Positions 19,016 to 28,997 are shown, counted from the first letter of the stretch. The stretch: 64,000 nt of DNA from an archaeon (GCA_043797265.1 JAZDPV010000012.1:32001-96000), one strand, 5' to 3'. Notes: a model not told the origin generated them from the sequence alone. Numbers and translations: made by a program.

Positions 19016-21937
19016 TTACCTCAAACTCTCTTCAATCACCCCCTTCTCCTCGTCGGTAATCCCATATAACTTGTAAACCTCTTCATTAATCTCATAATCA
19101 ATATTATCAATTTGCTGTTTCAATCTTTCTTTTTCTCCGCCCGCAATTTTCTCATCGTGATATTTTTTCTGAAGTTCAAGCATTTGCTCAACAAGGGAAA
19201 TTATTTTCTTTTCTTGGGCGGAAGGGGGAAGACGAATCGGAAGATTTTTAATAAATCTGTTTTCATAAGAATAATACCCTCCTCGTAAAAATGTAGAAGT
19301 CTTCTTAATAAAAAATTCAGATAACTTACTATTTAAAATTCCCAATAAAATTTCTTTGTTATATTCGTTTTTAACTTTAAGTCCATAACCTCCAGCCACT
19401 CCAGCAGTAAAAAACCATTCTCTCGTTTTGTCTATGGTAAATGAATTTGAAAAAGCATTAAACGGAGTTAGAATCTTTTCCTTTTCAAATTCTTCTAAAT
19501 TTTGAGGTCTACTAAATGCATACCAAGATATTTTATTTTCTTTTACATCTGTTCTATCTTTAAGAAGAGATTTGTGTTTTGTTAAATATTTATAACACTT
19601 AGGGAATTCTTTCTCAAGTTCTCTTTCGGAAATTAAAGTATATTTATTTTCTTTTAAGATATAAGGGAAAATTAAATGCCTTTGAGAAGTTAATGACTTA
19701 TATTTTTTTATTTCTAATCCTTTTACTAATTTTTTCAAAATTTTTCTCTCTATTTCAATATAACCATTTTCTTCGTCGGAGAAAAATTTTCCTTCTTTTT
19801 CATGTATAATAAAAACTTTATCAGCACTAGTTATTAATCCTTGAAATATCTTTTCGCAAACATCTTCTAATTTTAAATCTACTTTATCTAATTTTTCTAA
19901 AAGATTAGAATTATTTTCACTCCCAAAGTTCCAAGTTTTACCTTCTAATTTAGCTTGAGAATAAATAATGGAATTTTGAATATCAATTTCTCCAAAAGAA
20001 GCTTTTTTCAAATCAGAAATTTTTATATAAACTAATTTACTCATTTTATCTTCTTTTGATTTTCTAAGAACATAAATTCCAGGATAAGTAATAGCACTTT
20101 CAAATACTGGCAAATCTCCAAAATCAACAATTTTATTTATAGTTGAATTGTTTAATATAAATTCTCTTAAACTTTCTCCATAATTTGCAGACATAAATTT
20201 TGAAGGCATAATAAACGAAAACAATCCTTTCTCTCTCATTATCTTTAAACTCAATTCTGTGAATAACATATAAGTATCAATATATCCTTTAGCAACATCA
20301 TATTTTTTATTTAACCATTTAACTTCTTTTGGATTAATTTCCTGAACACGAACATACGGCGGATTCCCGACGACAACATCAAAACCTCCACTTTTGAAAA
20401 CATCTGGGAATTGCGCTTTCCAATTAAAAGCCCTGTCTGAAACTTTCGCGTCGTCAATTAATGAATTCCCACATTTAATATTATTTTCAAGATGAGGCAA
20501 AAGCATCTTCCTTGTTTCCTGCGTTTCTTCATCTAAAAGTTTTAATAACAAATTCAATCTCGCAAGTTCAACCGCCTTCTCATCCAAGTCAACTCCATAA
20601 ACGCAGTTTCTCAAAATCTCAATCTTCTGCCCCAAATTTAATTTATCTATTTTCTTCCCAGAATTTTTAAATAAAGTCTTGCTCCCTTCCTCTCCATTAT
20701 TTAATTTATCTTCTATAACATTGCAAACCTCAACAAATGCTCGCGTAATAAACGAACCCGAACCACACGCAGGGTCTAAAATATTCACTTCCAAAATTTC
20801 ATCAATCGTCTTATCTTTAATATATTCATAAACCGTATTCTTAACGATGTAATCCACAATATAAGCGGGAGTATAATAAATTCCCATTTTCTTTCTTTTC
20901 CCCGACGATGAATCCAGTTTCACCCGCTTTTCTGTTCCCGCCAAAATAGTCCCCAAATATTGCTCATAAATCCCTCCAAATAAATCTCCGGGAATCTGGT
21001 CAAATAAATATCTCTCTTGATTTCCCTCGCTCCCAAAATATAATGCAACTATAACTTTTCTTAAAACCTCGTCAGAAAAAGCTCCCTCCTTTTCCAAAAG
21101 TCCTTTCTCAAATAATTTAGAGTCATACTTTTTATTAAATTCTTCAAATTGTTCAAGTAAATAAGGAAATAACTGGAACCTTACTACTTGTTGCCTCACA
21201 TTACTTTCTAAACTTTTAAGAAAATTCATTGGCTCCAACCCCCTATCTTCAACGCTTCTTATAAAAATCAACCTGTCAATTAAAATCTGAACAACCTCGT
21301 CGATAACCTCTTGACTAAGATAATTCTTTTTTGCCTTTAATTCTTTTGAAAGCCAACCTCTAATATTCAATAAATCATTTAAAATATTTTCATCAATCGG
21401 TTTGTTAATTTTTTCATCTTTAGCCGAAAGCAATTTATCTATCTCCCTATTCTCAAAACTCTCCCTCGACAAAAGCCAAAGCAAATCAAACTTCTCAACA
21501 AAATCTTTCGCCTCAAGAATAAAATATGCTCCGTCCTTCTTTAATAAATTTCTATCTATAAGTTTTACATTCGAAAGTGCATGATAAACTCTAAGATGTT
21601 TAAAATTTGTAAGAACAGCAAATTTAATTTTTCTATGATAAGCATACGAAACCGCCTGTCTACCCTCTTCTTCCAACAAATGAACGCTAGTCTTCTTTGC
21701 TTCAATAACAAGTTTTTCTTGGTTCCCAATTCTCAAAATATAATCCGCTCGCCCCTTCAAAATCCTGGTTTCCTTAGAAATCTCTTCCCTTTTCCATCCC
21801 AAAGCTTCAAACAACGGCTCAATAAACTGAAACTTAATATCTTCCTCAGGCATAGAATCAATTTGACTTTTTGGATAAGACTCAAACTTCTCAACCAGCC
21901 TCCCAACCTCTTCCTTCGCCTTCTCTTTATCGCTCAT
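19016..21937 (-). CDS. Type IIG (Eco57I-like) restriction-modification enzyme: HSDR_N-like nuclease + N6-adenine MTase + TRD
   Basis: ADY..VIEAKK nuclease motif, GIYYTP, LDPACGSGSF, VGNPPY, TaqI-C-like ILNSK...YENRFIKNLPI. Confidence 0.9.
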   Translation of the reverse strand: MSDKEKAKEEVGRLVEKFESYPKSQIDSMPEEDIKFQFIEPLFEALGWKREEISKETRILKGRADYILRIGNQEKLVIEAKKTSVHLLEEEGRQAVSYAYHRKIKFAVLTNFKHLRVYHALSNVKLIDRNLLKKDGAYFILEAKDFVEKFDLLWLLSRESFENREIDKLLSAKDEKINKPIDENILNDLLNIRGWLSKELKAKKNYLSQEVIDEVVQILIDRLIFIRSVEDRGLEPMNFLKSLESNVRQQVVRFQLFPYLLEQFEEFNKKYDSKLFEKGLLEKEGAFSDEVLRKVIVALYFGSEGNQERYLFDQIPGDLFGGIYEQYLGTILAGTEKRVKLDSSSGKRKKMGIYYTPAYIVDYIVKNTVYEYIKDKTIDEILEVNILDPACGSGSFITRAFVEVCNVIEDKLNNGEEGSKTLFKNSGKKIDKLNLGQKIEILRNCVYGVDLDEKAVELARLNLLLKLLDEETQETRKMLLPHLENNIKCGNSLIDDAKVSDRAFNWKAQFPDVFKSGGFDVVVGNPPYVRVQEINPKEVKWLNKKYDVAKGYIDTYMLFTELSLKIMREKGLFSFIMPSKFMSANYGESLREFILNNSTINKIVDFGDLPVFESAITYPGIYVLRKSKEDKMSKLVYIKISDLKKASFGEIDIQNSIIYSQAKLEGKTWNFGSENNSNLLEKLDKVDLKLEDVCEKIFQGLITSADKVFIIHEKEGKFFSDEENGYIEIERKILKKLVKGLEIKKYKSLTSQRHLIFPYILKENKYTLISERELEKEFPKCYKYLTKHKSLLKDRTDVKENKISWYAFSRPQNLEEFEKEKILTPFNAFSNSFTIDKTREWFFTAGVAGGYGLKVKNEYNKEILLGILNSKLSEFFIKKTSTFLRGGYYSYENRFIKNLPIRLPPSAQEKKIISLVEQMLELQKKYHDEKIAGGEKERLKQQIDNIDYEINEEVYKLYGITDEEKGVIEESLR

Positions 21938-22023
21938 CACACTCCCTCACACCATTCACATTTCCCACTCGGACACTCCCCCTCCAACAACTCCAACGCC
22001 CCCCTCCAAACCTTCTCCTCCAT
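21937..22023 (-). pseudogene. Relic duplicate of the PD-(D/E)XK gene 3' end
   Basis: MEEKVWRGALELLEGECPSGKCEWCEGV* vs active AEDEWKSAIKLLNSDCPTKSCEWCEGR*. Confidence 0.8.
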
Positions 22024-22679
22024 CATCTCCCCTCGCACCACTCACACGATTTAGTTGGACAATCAGAGTTTAATAATTTTATTGCACTCTTCCATTCATC
22101 CTCTGCAACTTCAACATCAACCTTCATCTTCACCAACTCGCTATCAAAAATAACTTCTCCCGTCGACAAAACTTCCTTCGGCACATAAAACAAAAGAAAA
22201 AAATAATCCTCCGTCTCGTAGCCGTTCTTCCTCAAAAGAAAATTATAAACATTCTGTTGCAATCTATAATGCTCCGCCGTGTCGTCTTTGACCGCATAAC
22301 CCCTCGTCTTGTAATCCAACACAATCAACTTCTTCCCTTTCATCAAAATATTATCAACCGCCCCGTGCAACTCATTCCCATTCTTGTCCGTCCACGAAAT
22401 CCCCTTAAAATTATTCTGCCAAACCTTCATCTTCTCCGAATCATCAAACAACTTCATATCCTCGCAATGACAATTGTCGCACAACTCCGGCGGCAACAAC
22501 CCCTTGTCCCGAAACTTGTCAAAATGAATTTTCAAAATTCTATCCATCCCCGACGGCAGCGACGGAAAAACTCCGCTCGGCCGCTTCCAAACTTTATGTT
22601 GCGTCAGCCAAAAGCATCTCGGACACTCCTTAAACAAATTCAAAACCGACGGCGACAACTTATATCCCATTCCAAACAA
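22023..22679 (-). CDS. PD-(D/E)XK nuclease (AddB/Cas4-like, Fe-S ligands)
   Basis: LSPS..ECPRCFW, GAVD..LDYKT, QQNVY, C-terminal CEWC. Confidence 0.82.
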   Translation of the reverse strand: MFGMGYKLSPSVLNLFKECPRCFWLTQHKVWKRPSGVFPSLPSGMDRILKIHFDKFRDKGLLPPELCDNCHCEDMKLFDDSEKMKVWQNNFKGISWTDKNGNELHGAVDNILMKGKKLIVLDYKTRGYAVKDDTAEHYRLQQNVYNFLLRKNGYETEDYFFLLFYVPKEVLSTGEVIFDSELVKMKVDVEVAEDEWKSAIKLLNSDCPTKSCEWCEGR

Positions 22680-22732
22680 ACAACCTCACCCTATAAAAAA
22701 TTACCTATCACAACTTCTCACCACTTCCCTCA

Positions 22733-22765
22733 TCCTGCGTTAGTCCTGCGTTAGTCCGCGTGCTA
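22733..22765 (+). repeat. 10/11-mer tandem repeat ending GTCCGCGTGCTA
   Basis: tcctgcgttag tcctgcgttag tccgcgtgcta immediately downstream of the gyrA stop. Confidence 0.8.
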
Positions 22766-25336
22766 TTACTCCCCCCTCTCCTCAAACGGCACTCTAACCA
22801 AATCCGAAACCCTATCCCCGTCCTTCAACTTAATCACCCTAACCCCCTGCGTCGCCCGTCCCATAATCCGAATATTCTTCACCGGCGTCCTAATCACAAT
22901 CCCTTTCTTCGTCGTCACAATAATATTATCGCTATCAATAACCGACTCCGACTTCACAATCTCTCCCGTCTTCGCCGTAACCTTCATATTAATCACGCCC
23001 TTCCCCGCACGCCCCGTCAGCCGATAGTCCTCAATCTCACTCCTCTTCCCATAACCATTCCTCGAAATCGTCAAAACCGAAAACCCCTCTCCTATTTTCA
23101 ACTTTCTATTTTCTATTTTCCCGGCCGGCAACACCTCAAGCGAAACCACCTTGTCATTTTTATTTAATTTAATCCCAGCGACGCCATAAGACGCCCGCCC
23201 CATCGCACGAACATCCTCGTTCTTAAAATGAATCGCCTGCCCTTTCGCCGTCACCAGCAAAACTTCCTGCCCTTCCTTCATCGGCTTGACATCAACCAAA
23301 CTATCTCCCGTCTCCACAACTTTAATCGCCTTAACCCCGCCCTTCCTCGGATTCGCAAACTGCGCCAGCTCAATCTTCTTCACAACACCCTTCTCCGTCG
23401 CCATCATAAGATAATCTTTAAACTCTTTCACCGCCAAAACCGACGTCACTCTCTCATCCTTCAACTCAAGCAAATTCACAATCGCCTTCCCCCTAGTCGA
23501 CTTCGCCGACGCCGGCACCTCATACGCCTTCAACCAATGCACCTTTCCCTTGTCCGTAAAAAACAACATATAATCGTGCGTCGAACAAGTCAGCAATTCT
23601 TTCACGAAATCCCCCTCGCTCAAATCCGAACCAATCACACCCCGCCCGCCCCGTCGCTGTTCCCTGTATTGCTCCAAATCCAATCTCTTAATATAACCCC
23701 TGTCCGTAATCGTCACCACCACATCCCTCTTGTCAACCAAATCCTTCTCCTCCAACTCCTTCACCGCCCCGACAATCTTCGTCTTCCTCGCGTCCCCATA
23801 ATTCGCCTTCATCTCCTCCAACTCCTTCCGAATAATTTTCAAAATCAATTTCTCGTCCCCAAGAATCTTCTTCAATTTCTCAATCAACACCCTCAGCTCC
23901 TTCTCCTCGCTCTTCAACTTGTCAAACTCCAACGACGTAATCTGATGCAACCTCATTTCCAAAATCGCCTCAACCTGTCTGTCGCTCAAACTATATTTCA
24001 ACTTCAACCCCACAGCCGCCTCGGTCTTGCCCTTCGCCGCCCGAATCAATTTTACAACAGCGTCGATATTACTCTGCGCAATCAACAACCCATCAACAAT
24101 ATGCAGCCTCTTCTCCGCCTTGTCCAAATCAAACTCGTTCGTCTTCCTCACGACCTTCTGCCTATGCCCCACGTATACCTTGATATACTCGCGCAAAGTC
24201 AACAACCTCGGCACAAAATCAACCAACGCCAACATATTCGCATTAAACGCGACCCTCAACTGAGTAAATTTATACAAACGATTCAAAGTAAACTTCGGCT
24301 CAGCATCTTTCCTCAACTCAATCACAACCCGAACCTTCCCCTTCGACGACTCGTCCCGAATATCTGCAACATCCGGCAGCTTCTTGTCCCGAACCAGCAT
24401 CGCAATCTGCTCAACCAAAACCGACTTGTTCACCTGATAAGGAACTTCGCTAATCACAATCTTCATCTTGTCCTTCGACCTCCTCGGCTCCTCAACAATC
24501 GTCTTTCCCTCGACAACCAACTTCCCCCTCCCCTCAGTATAAATTCTTCTTATCTCCCCCGAAACCGAACCGCCCGTCGGAAAATCCGGCGCCTTAATCG
24601 CAGCAATCAAATCCTTGTCATCGCAATTCGGATTATCAAGCCACGTCAAAATCGCATCGCAAGTATTATTCAAATTATGCGGCGGAATATTCGTCGCCAT
24701 TCCAACAGCAATCCCGCTCGCCCCGTTCAAAAACAAATTCGGAATCCGCCCCGGCATCACGACCGGCTCCTCGTTCGTATTAGAATAATTCAACATCATC
24801 TTCACCGTCTTCTTGTCAATATCCATCAGCAACTCATCAGAAATTTTCGCCATCTTCGCCTCGGTATACCTGTAAGCCGCCGCGCCGTCGCCATCCATCG
24901 AACCAAAATTTCCCTGCCCGATAACCAGCGGATATCTAAACGACCAATCCTGCGCCATCCTGACCATCGCCTCATAAATCGAAGCGTCCCCATGCGGATG
25001 ATACTTCCCCATCGTGTCCCCGACAATCGCCGCCGACTTCTTCGTCTGCTTATTAAAATAAATCCCTAAGTCATTCATCGCCCACAAAATCCGACGCTGA
25101 ACCGGCTTCAACCCATCCTCCGCCGCCGGCAACGCCCTCGCAACAATAACCGACATCGCATAATTCAAATACGCCTCCCGCATCTCCGTCGAAATCTCGG
25201 CATCAATCAACTCCTTCGCCATCACCGACGCCTTCAGCTCCTCGCGCCTCTTCGCAAAATCCTCCGAATCTTTTTCCGCCTCGTCCATCTCAATCTCCTT
25301 CACATCATCATTCTCAACAACTTCATCTTTGTTCAT
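22766..25336 (-). CDS. gyrA: DNA gyrase subunit A
   Basis: YAMSVIVARALP, DGLKPVQRR, YHPHGD, AAAYRYTE (catalytic Tyr), GyrA-box QRRGGRG. Confidence 0.97.
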   Translation of the reverse strand: MNKDEVVENDDVKEIEMDEAEKDSEDFAKRREELKASVMAKELIDAEISTEMREAYLNYAMSVIVARALPAAEDGLKPVQRRILWAMNDLGIYFNKQTKKSAAIVGDTMGKYHPHGDASIYEAMVRMAQDWSFRYPLVIGQGNFGSMDGDGAAAYRYTEAKMAKISDELLMDIDKKTVKMMLNYSNTNEEPVVMPGRIPNLFLNGASGIAVGMATNIPPHNLNNTCDAILTWLDNPNCDDKDLIAAIKAPDFPTGGSVSGEIRRIYTEGRGKLVVEGKTIVEEPRRSKDKMKIVISEVPYQVNKSVLVEQIAMLVRDKKLPDVADIRDESSKGKVRVVIELRKDAEPKFTLNRLYKFTQLRVAFNANMLALVDFVPRLLTLREYIKVYVGHRQKVVRKTNEFDLDKAEKRLHIVDGLLIAQSNIDAVVKLIRAAKGKTEAAVGLKLKYSLSDRQVEAILEMRLHQITSLEFDKLKSEEKELRVLIEKLKKILGDEKLILKIIRKELEEMKANYGDARKTKIVGAVKELEEKDLVDKRDVVVTITDRGYIKRLDLEQYREQRRGGRGVIGSDLSEGDFVKELLTCSTHDYMLFFTDKGKVHWLKAYEVPASAKSTRGKAIVNLLELKDERVTSVLAVKEFKDYLMMATEKGVVKKIELAQFANPRKGGVKAIKVVETGDSLVDVKPMKEGQEVLLVTAKGQAIHFKNEDVRAMGRASYGVAGIKLNKNDKVVSLEVLPAGKIENRKLKIGEGFSVLTISRNGYGKRSEIEDYRLTGRAGKGVINMKVTAKTGEIVKSESVIDSDNIIVTTKKGIVIRTPVKNIRIMGRATQGVRVIKLKDGDRVSDLVRVPFEERGE

Positions 25337-25419
25337 CTTATTTCACTCCATTCCTCCTAATCCATTTAACACACTTCTCCGTCAATAAATCAAAATCCTT
25401 CTCTCTATCAAACTCAAAC

Positions 25420-25656
25420 TTAACTATTCCCATTTTCCCTCCACGCCCCGCGTTTATTCGCGTTCATTCGTGAGCCATTTTTCTTCCCCAATTTATTTTT
25501 ATCAACAACCAAAATCGGGAAACTCACATTGGTATACCCACACTTCGAACACCTCATCTTCGGTATAATCCCAAATAAATTCCCAAGCCCAAAGGTATAC
25601 CCAACATTAGTCGACCTGCATCTCGGACAAAACGAAACTTTAACTTTCTTCACCAT
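25420..25656 (-). CDS. Small zinc-ribbon protein
   Basis: FCPRCRS...RCSKCGY. Confidence 0.65.
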   Translation of the reverse strand: MVKKVKVSFCPRCRSTNVGYTFGLGNLFGIIPKMRCSKCGYTNVSFPILVVDKNKLGKKNGSRMNANKRGAWRENGNS

Positions 25657-25712
25657 TTCCAACCCTCCACCAAATCAACACAAAATCGGCAACGAAGTTG
25701 CCTTAACTTAAA

Positions 25713-25746
25713 CCTGACGCCTGACGCCTGACGCCTGACGCCTGAT
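25713..25746 (+). repeat. Heptamer tandem repeat CCTGACG x4-5, intergenic
   Basis: cctgacg cctgacg cctgacg cctgacg cctgat; flanked by hairpins ggcaacGAAgttgcc and atgaaaatc-ttt-gattttcat. Confidence 0.9.
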
Positions 25747-25765
25747 TTATGAAAATCTTTGATTT

Positions 25766-27667
25766 TCATAAATCCACCTCCGCCTTGTCAGCATTCTGCT
25801 CAATAAACTCCCGACGCGGCGCAACCGCATCTCCCATCAACAAACTAAAAGTCTCATCCGCCTCGACCGCGTCCTCGACCGAAACCTGTTTCAACCGCCT
25901 CGTCTTCGGATTCATCGTCGTCGACCACAACTGCTCATCATTCATCTCGCCCAAACCCTTGAACCGGCTAACCTCGCCCTTCCCAATCTCAACCAACTTC
26001 TTCTTTAACTCATCCCCCGAATAAACATAATACTCCTTGCTCCCTTTCTTGATTTTGTAAAACGGCGCAACCGCAACAAAAATATGCCCGCCCTCAATCA
26101 ACGCCGGCACATAACGATAAAACAAAGTAAGCAACAACGCCTTGATATGCTGCCCATCAACATCCGCATCCGTCATAATTATAATCTTATTATATCTCAA
26201 CTTCGAAATATCAAACGAATCACCGACGCCCGTCCCAATTGCCGTAATCAAATTCGAAATCTGCTCCGACCCCAGCGCCTTCACCGGATTCGACTTCTCA
26301 ACATTCAAAACTTTTCCACGTAAAGGCAAAATCGCCTGCGTCTCCCTGTCTCGCCCGCCCTTCGCCGTCCCGCCAGCAGAATCCCCTTCGACAACATACA
26401 ACTCCGTCGTCTCTCGCCTCTTGCTCGAACAATCCGCCAACTTCCCCGGCAAACCCGAACCAACACTCAACGCATTCTTCCGACGAACCAACTCCTTCGC
26501 TTTCTTCGCCGCCTCCCTCGCCTTCAACGCCGAACTCGCCTTCGCCAAAATCACCTTCGCAACCGCCGGATTCTCCTCGAGAAAATCAGTCAACGCCGAA
26601 CTCGCCATCGAATCAACAATCCCTTTAATCTCCCCATTCCCCAGCTTCGTCTTCGTCTGCCCCTCAAATTGCGGCTCCGACATCTTCAACGAAATCACAG
26701 CGGTAATCCCCTCGCGAACATCCTCGCCCGACAACTTCTGTCCATTCTTGAAAGCCCCCGTCTTCGCCCCATAATCATTAATCGCCCTCGTCAACGCCGT
26801 CTTCAACCCCGCGACATGCGTCCCACCCTCAATTGTATTTATCGTGTTCACAAATCCCTGAATATTCTCATTATAAGAATCCGAATATTGAATCGCAACC
26901 TCAACCACCGTCTTCCCCTCTTCTCTCTTGAAATAAATCGGCTTCGCGTGAATCGGCTTCCTCGTCTTGTTCAACCAGCTAACAAACTCGACCAACCCGC
27001 CGCTATAACAAAAAGAACTAACCTTCTCTTCCTCTCTAAAATCACTAAACACAATTTTCAACCCCGCATTCAAAAAACAAGTTTCCCTAAACCTCGTCGC
27101 CAAAGTCTTGTAATCAAAATCAATCACGGAAAAAATCGCGCCATCAGGAATAAAACTAACCTTCGTCCCATGCTTCCCCGCGTCCGCCTTCCCGACAACC
27201 TCAACATCCCTCTTCGGCTTCCCAATCACATACTCCTGCGCATAAACCTTCCCGTCCTTCGTCACCTCAACCCTCATAAACTTCGACAAAGCCGAAACAA
27301 CAGAAATACCGACGCCATGCAAACCGCCCGAAACAGCATACGCCTTGTTGTCAAACTTCCCGCCCGCGTGCAACTTCGTGACAATAATTTCCATCGCCGA
27401 CTTCTTGTAAATCGGATGCTCATCAACCGGCATCCCACGCCCGTCATCCTCAACAACAACCGACCCGTCCTTATTCAACGTAACATTTATCGTCGTCGCA
27501 GCCCCAGCCATGTGCTCATCAACCGAATTATCGACAACCTCATAAACCAAATGATGCAAACCATACTTATCAGTAGAACCAATATACATTCCCGGTCTTT
27601 TCCGCACCGCCTCAAGTCCTTCCAAAACCGTAATATCTTTCGCAGAGTAATTATCGTCAGCCATCAT
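25766..27667 (-). CDS. gyrB: DNA gyrase subunit B
   Basis: LEGLEAVRKRPGMYIG, EVVDNSVDE, LHAGGKF, VEGDSAGG, PLRGK, TDADVDG, RFKGLGEM. Confidence 0.97.
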   Translation of the reverse strand: MMADDNYSAKDITVLEGLEAVRKRPGMYIGSTDKYGLHHLVYEVVDNSVDEHMAGAATTINVTLNKDGSVVVEDDGRGMPVDEHPIYKKSAMEIIVTKLHAGGKFDNKAYAVSGGLHGVGISVVSALSKFMRVEVTKDGKVYAQEYVIGKPKRDVEVVGKADAGKHGTKVSFIPDGAIFSVIDFDYKTLATRFRETCFLNAGLKIVFSDFREEEKVSSFCYSGGLVEFVSWLNKTRKPIHAKPIYFKREEGKTVVEVAIQYSDSYNENIQGFVNTINTIEGGTHVAGLKTALTRAINDYGAKTGAFKNGQKLSGEDVREGITAVISLKMSEPQFEGQTKTKLGNGEIKGIVDSMASSALTDFLEENPAVAKVILAKASSALKAREAAKKAKELVRRKNALSVGSGLPGKLADCSSKRRETTELYVVEGDSAGGTAKGGRDRETQAILPLRGKVLNVEKSNPVKALGSEQISNLITAIGTGVGDSFDISKLRYNKIIIMTDADVDGQHIKALLLTLFYRYVPALIEGGHIFVAVAPFYKIKKGSKEYYVYSGDELKKKLVEIGKGEVSRFKGLGEMNDEQLWSTTMNPKTRRLKQVSVEDAVEADETFSLLMGDAVAPRREFIEQNADKAEVDL

Positions 27668-27797
27668 CCCTCACACACTAAAAAATCAAACTCACTTTAA
27701 AAATCTTTGTAAGATTTTTTCGAGAATCATCTTTAATGATACTCTATAAACATTTGCCCGCCAAAAATCAATTTTACCGACGACAAATCAAAATTCA

Positions 27798-27968
27798 TTA
27801 ATTCTTCTTCCCCTTCTTAACCCACTTAACTTTCTTGCTCAACCGCCCCATCGCAAAATTTTTCCGGCACTTCGACCCGCAAAAATACTTCACGCTCCCA
27901 TCTTTCTGCACAACCGTCACGCCCCGCGGAAACTCATACCCTCTCTTGCAAAAACTACAAACTGGCAT
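27798..27968 (-). CDS. rpl24e: 50S ribosomal protein L24e (56 aa, not in ORF track)
   Basis: Hand translation MPVCSFCKRGYEFPRGVTVVQKDGSVKYFCGSKCRKNFAMGRLSKKVKWV; L7Ae-S28e-L24e context. Confidence 0.92.
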   Translation of the reverse strand: MPVCSFCKRGYEFPRGVTVVQKDGSVKYFCGSKCRKNFAMGRLSKKVKWVKKGKKN

Positions 27969-28227
27969 TTATCCTCCTTCTGACTGATAAAAAATAATTA
28001 TAATCTATATTCCCCCCCTCACCCGCGCAAGGTCTAGCAATAACCTCACTCGAATAAACTACTCCGTATCCTTCCCATAAAAAATTTTTAAAACCTATTG
28101 CTCTTCCAATATCTCCCCCAAAAGGAATTTCAACCAACTGAACCTCACTTCCTAACCTATCATCAACCATTTTAATCAAAGCATCATTCAAGGAAGCACA
28201 AACCATCTCTTCAAAACTTTTTCCCAT
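27955..28227 (-). CDS. Hypothetical protein inserted between rps28e and rpl24e
   Basis: 90-aa ATG ORF whose 3' end overlaps the rpl24e start. Confidence 0.5.
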   Translation of the reverse strand: MGKSFEEMVCASLNDALIKMVDDRLGSEVQLVEIPFGGDIGRAIGFKNFLWEGYGVVYSSEVIARPCAGEGGNIDYNYFLSVRRRINASL

Positions 28228-28268
28228 TAATCTCTCCCCCTACAATTTACACAACCCGCCAAGTCACA

Positions 28269-28325
28269 CTTCCAGCGAAGCGGACTTCCAGCGAAGCGGA
28301 CTTCCAACTTCCAGCGAAGCGGACT
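28269..28325 (+). repeat. 16-mer tandem repeat CTTCCA-GCGAAGC-GGA
   Basis: cttccagcgaagcgga x2, cttccaa, cttccagcgaagcgga; same unit at 38469 and 43983. Confidence 0.9.
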
Positions 28326-28344
28326 GATTAAAATGCTCCGCATT

Positions 28345-28659
28345 TTAATCTCTTCCCCCAAATTTATTCTTCCCTATCCATCTCGCTTCAATCTCCGTCT
28401 CCCTCAACATCAAAATATCTCTCTTGTCAACCGGCCCCCGAACATTCCGCCTTATCGACTTCCCCCGATTTTTCCCCTGCAAAATCTTGCACTTCACCTG
28501 AGTAATCTCGCCACGCGTCCCGCCCCGCCCCAAAGTCGCCTCGACAATCGCCGGCACGACACCGCCCTCCGTCAACTTCTCGGCGCCCTTCGACCCCGCG
28601 CTCTTCTTCTCTTGATTATCCTGCTTCTTATCCTGCTTCTTATTTTCCTTTTTAGCCAT
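28345..28659 (-). CDS. rps28e: 30S ribosomal protein S28e with N-terminal extension
   Basis: GRGGTRGEITQVKCKIL..GKSIRRNVRGPV..DILMLRETEIEA. Confidence 0.92.
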   Translation of the reverse strand: MAKKENKKQDKKQDNQEKKSAGSKGAEKLTEGGVVPAIVEATLGRGGTRGEITQVKCKILQGKNRGKSIRRNVRGPVDKRDILMLRETEIEARWIGKNKFGGRD

Positions 28660-28681
28660 CTTAAATCCTACCCCCTACCTC

Positions 28682-28981
28682 CTACTTACTACCTTCTATC
28701 TTAGCTTCCCCAACCTCGATAACCGCAACCGCCGACGCCGGCCGATTAATCCCAACAGAAATCCCCAACTTCTCACGCGAATCAACCTCGACAAACTTAA
28801 TATTTTTCTCCTCACATAAAATACTCAAATGCTGCGTCAGCTCCTTCGGCTCAACATCCTTCGCGACAACAACCATTTTCGCAACCCCCCGCTCGACCGC
28901 CTTCGTCACCTCATTCACGCCCTTATCAACTTTCCCGGTCTTCGCCGCCTTCTCAACCACATCATAAACACTATTCGCCAT
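28682..28981 (-). CDS. rpl7ae: 50S ribosomal protein L7Ae
   Basis: KGVNEVTKAVERGVAKMVVVAKDVEP...LCEEK...LG. Confidence 0.93.
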   Translation of the reverse strand: MANSVYDVVEKAAKTGKVDKGVNEVTKAVERGVAKMVVVAKDVEPKELTQHLSILCEEKNIKFVEVDSREKLGISVGINRPASAVAVIEVGEAKIEGSK

Positions 28982-28997
28982 TTCAAATCCAAGAATC

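Noticed and set aside
22023-22679. Cas4 / CRISPR adaptation gene
   Set aside because: It is a solo PD-(D/E)XK Fe-S nuclease with no cas1/cas2 or array nearby.
23228-25069. 613-aa + strand ORF and similar long antisense ORFs (26669-27700, 34724-35527, 61458-62270)
   Set aside because: These are shadows of gyrA, gyrB, proS and dnaG. The strand skew depletes stop codons on the antisense frame, and the translations are low-complexity with no motifs.
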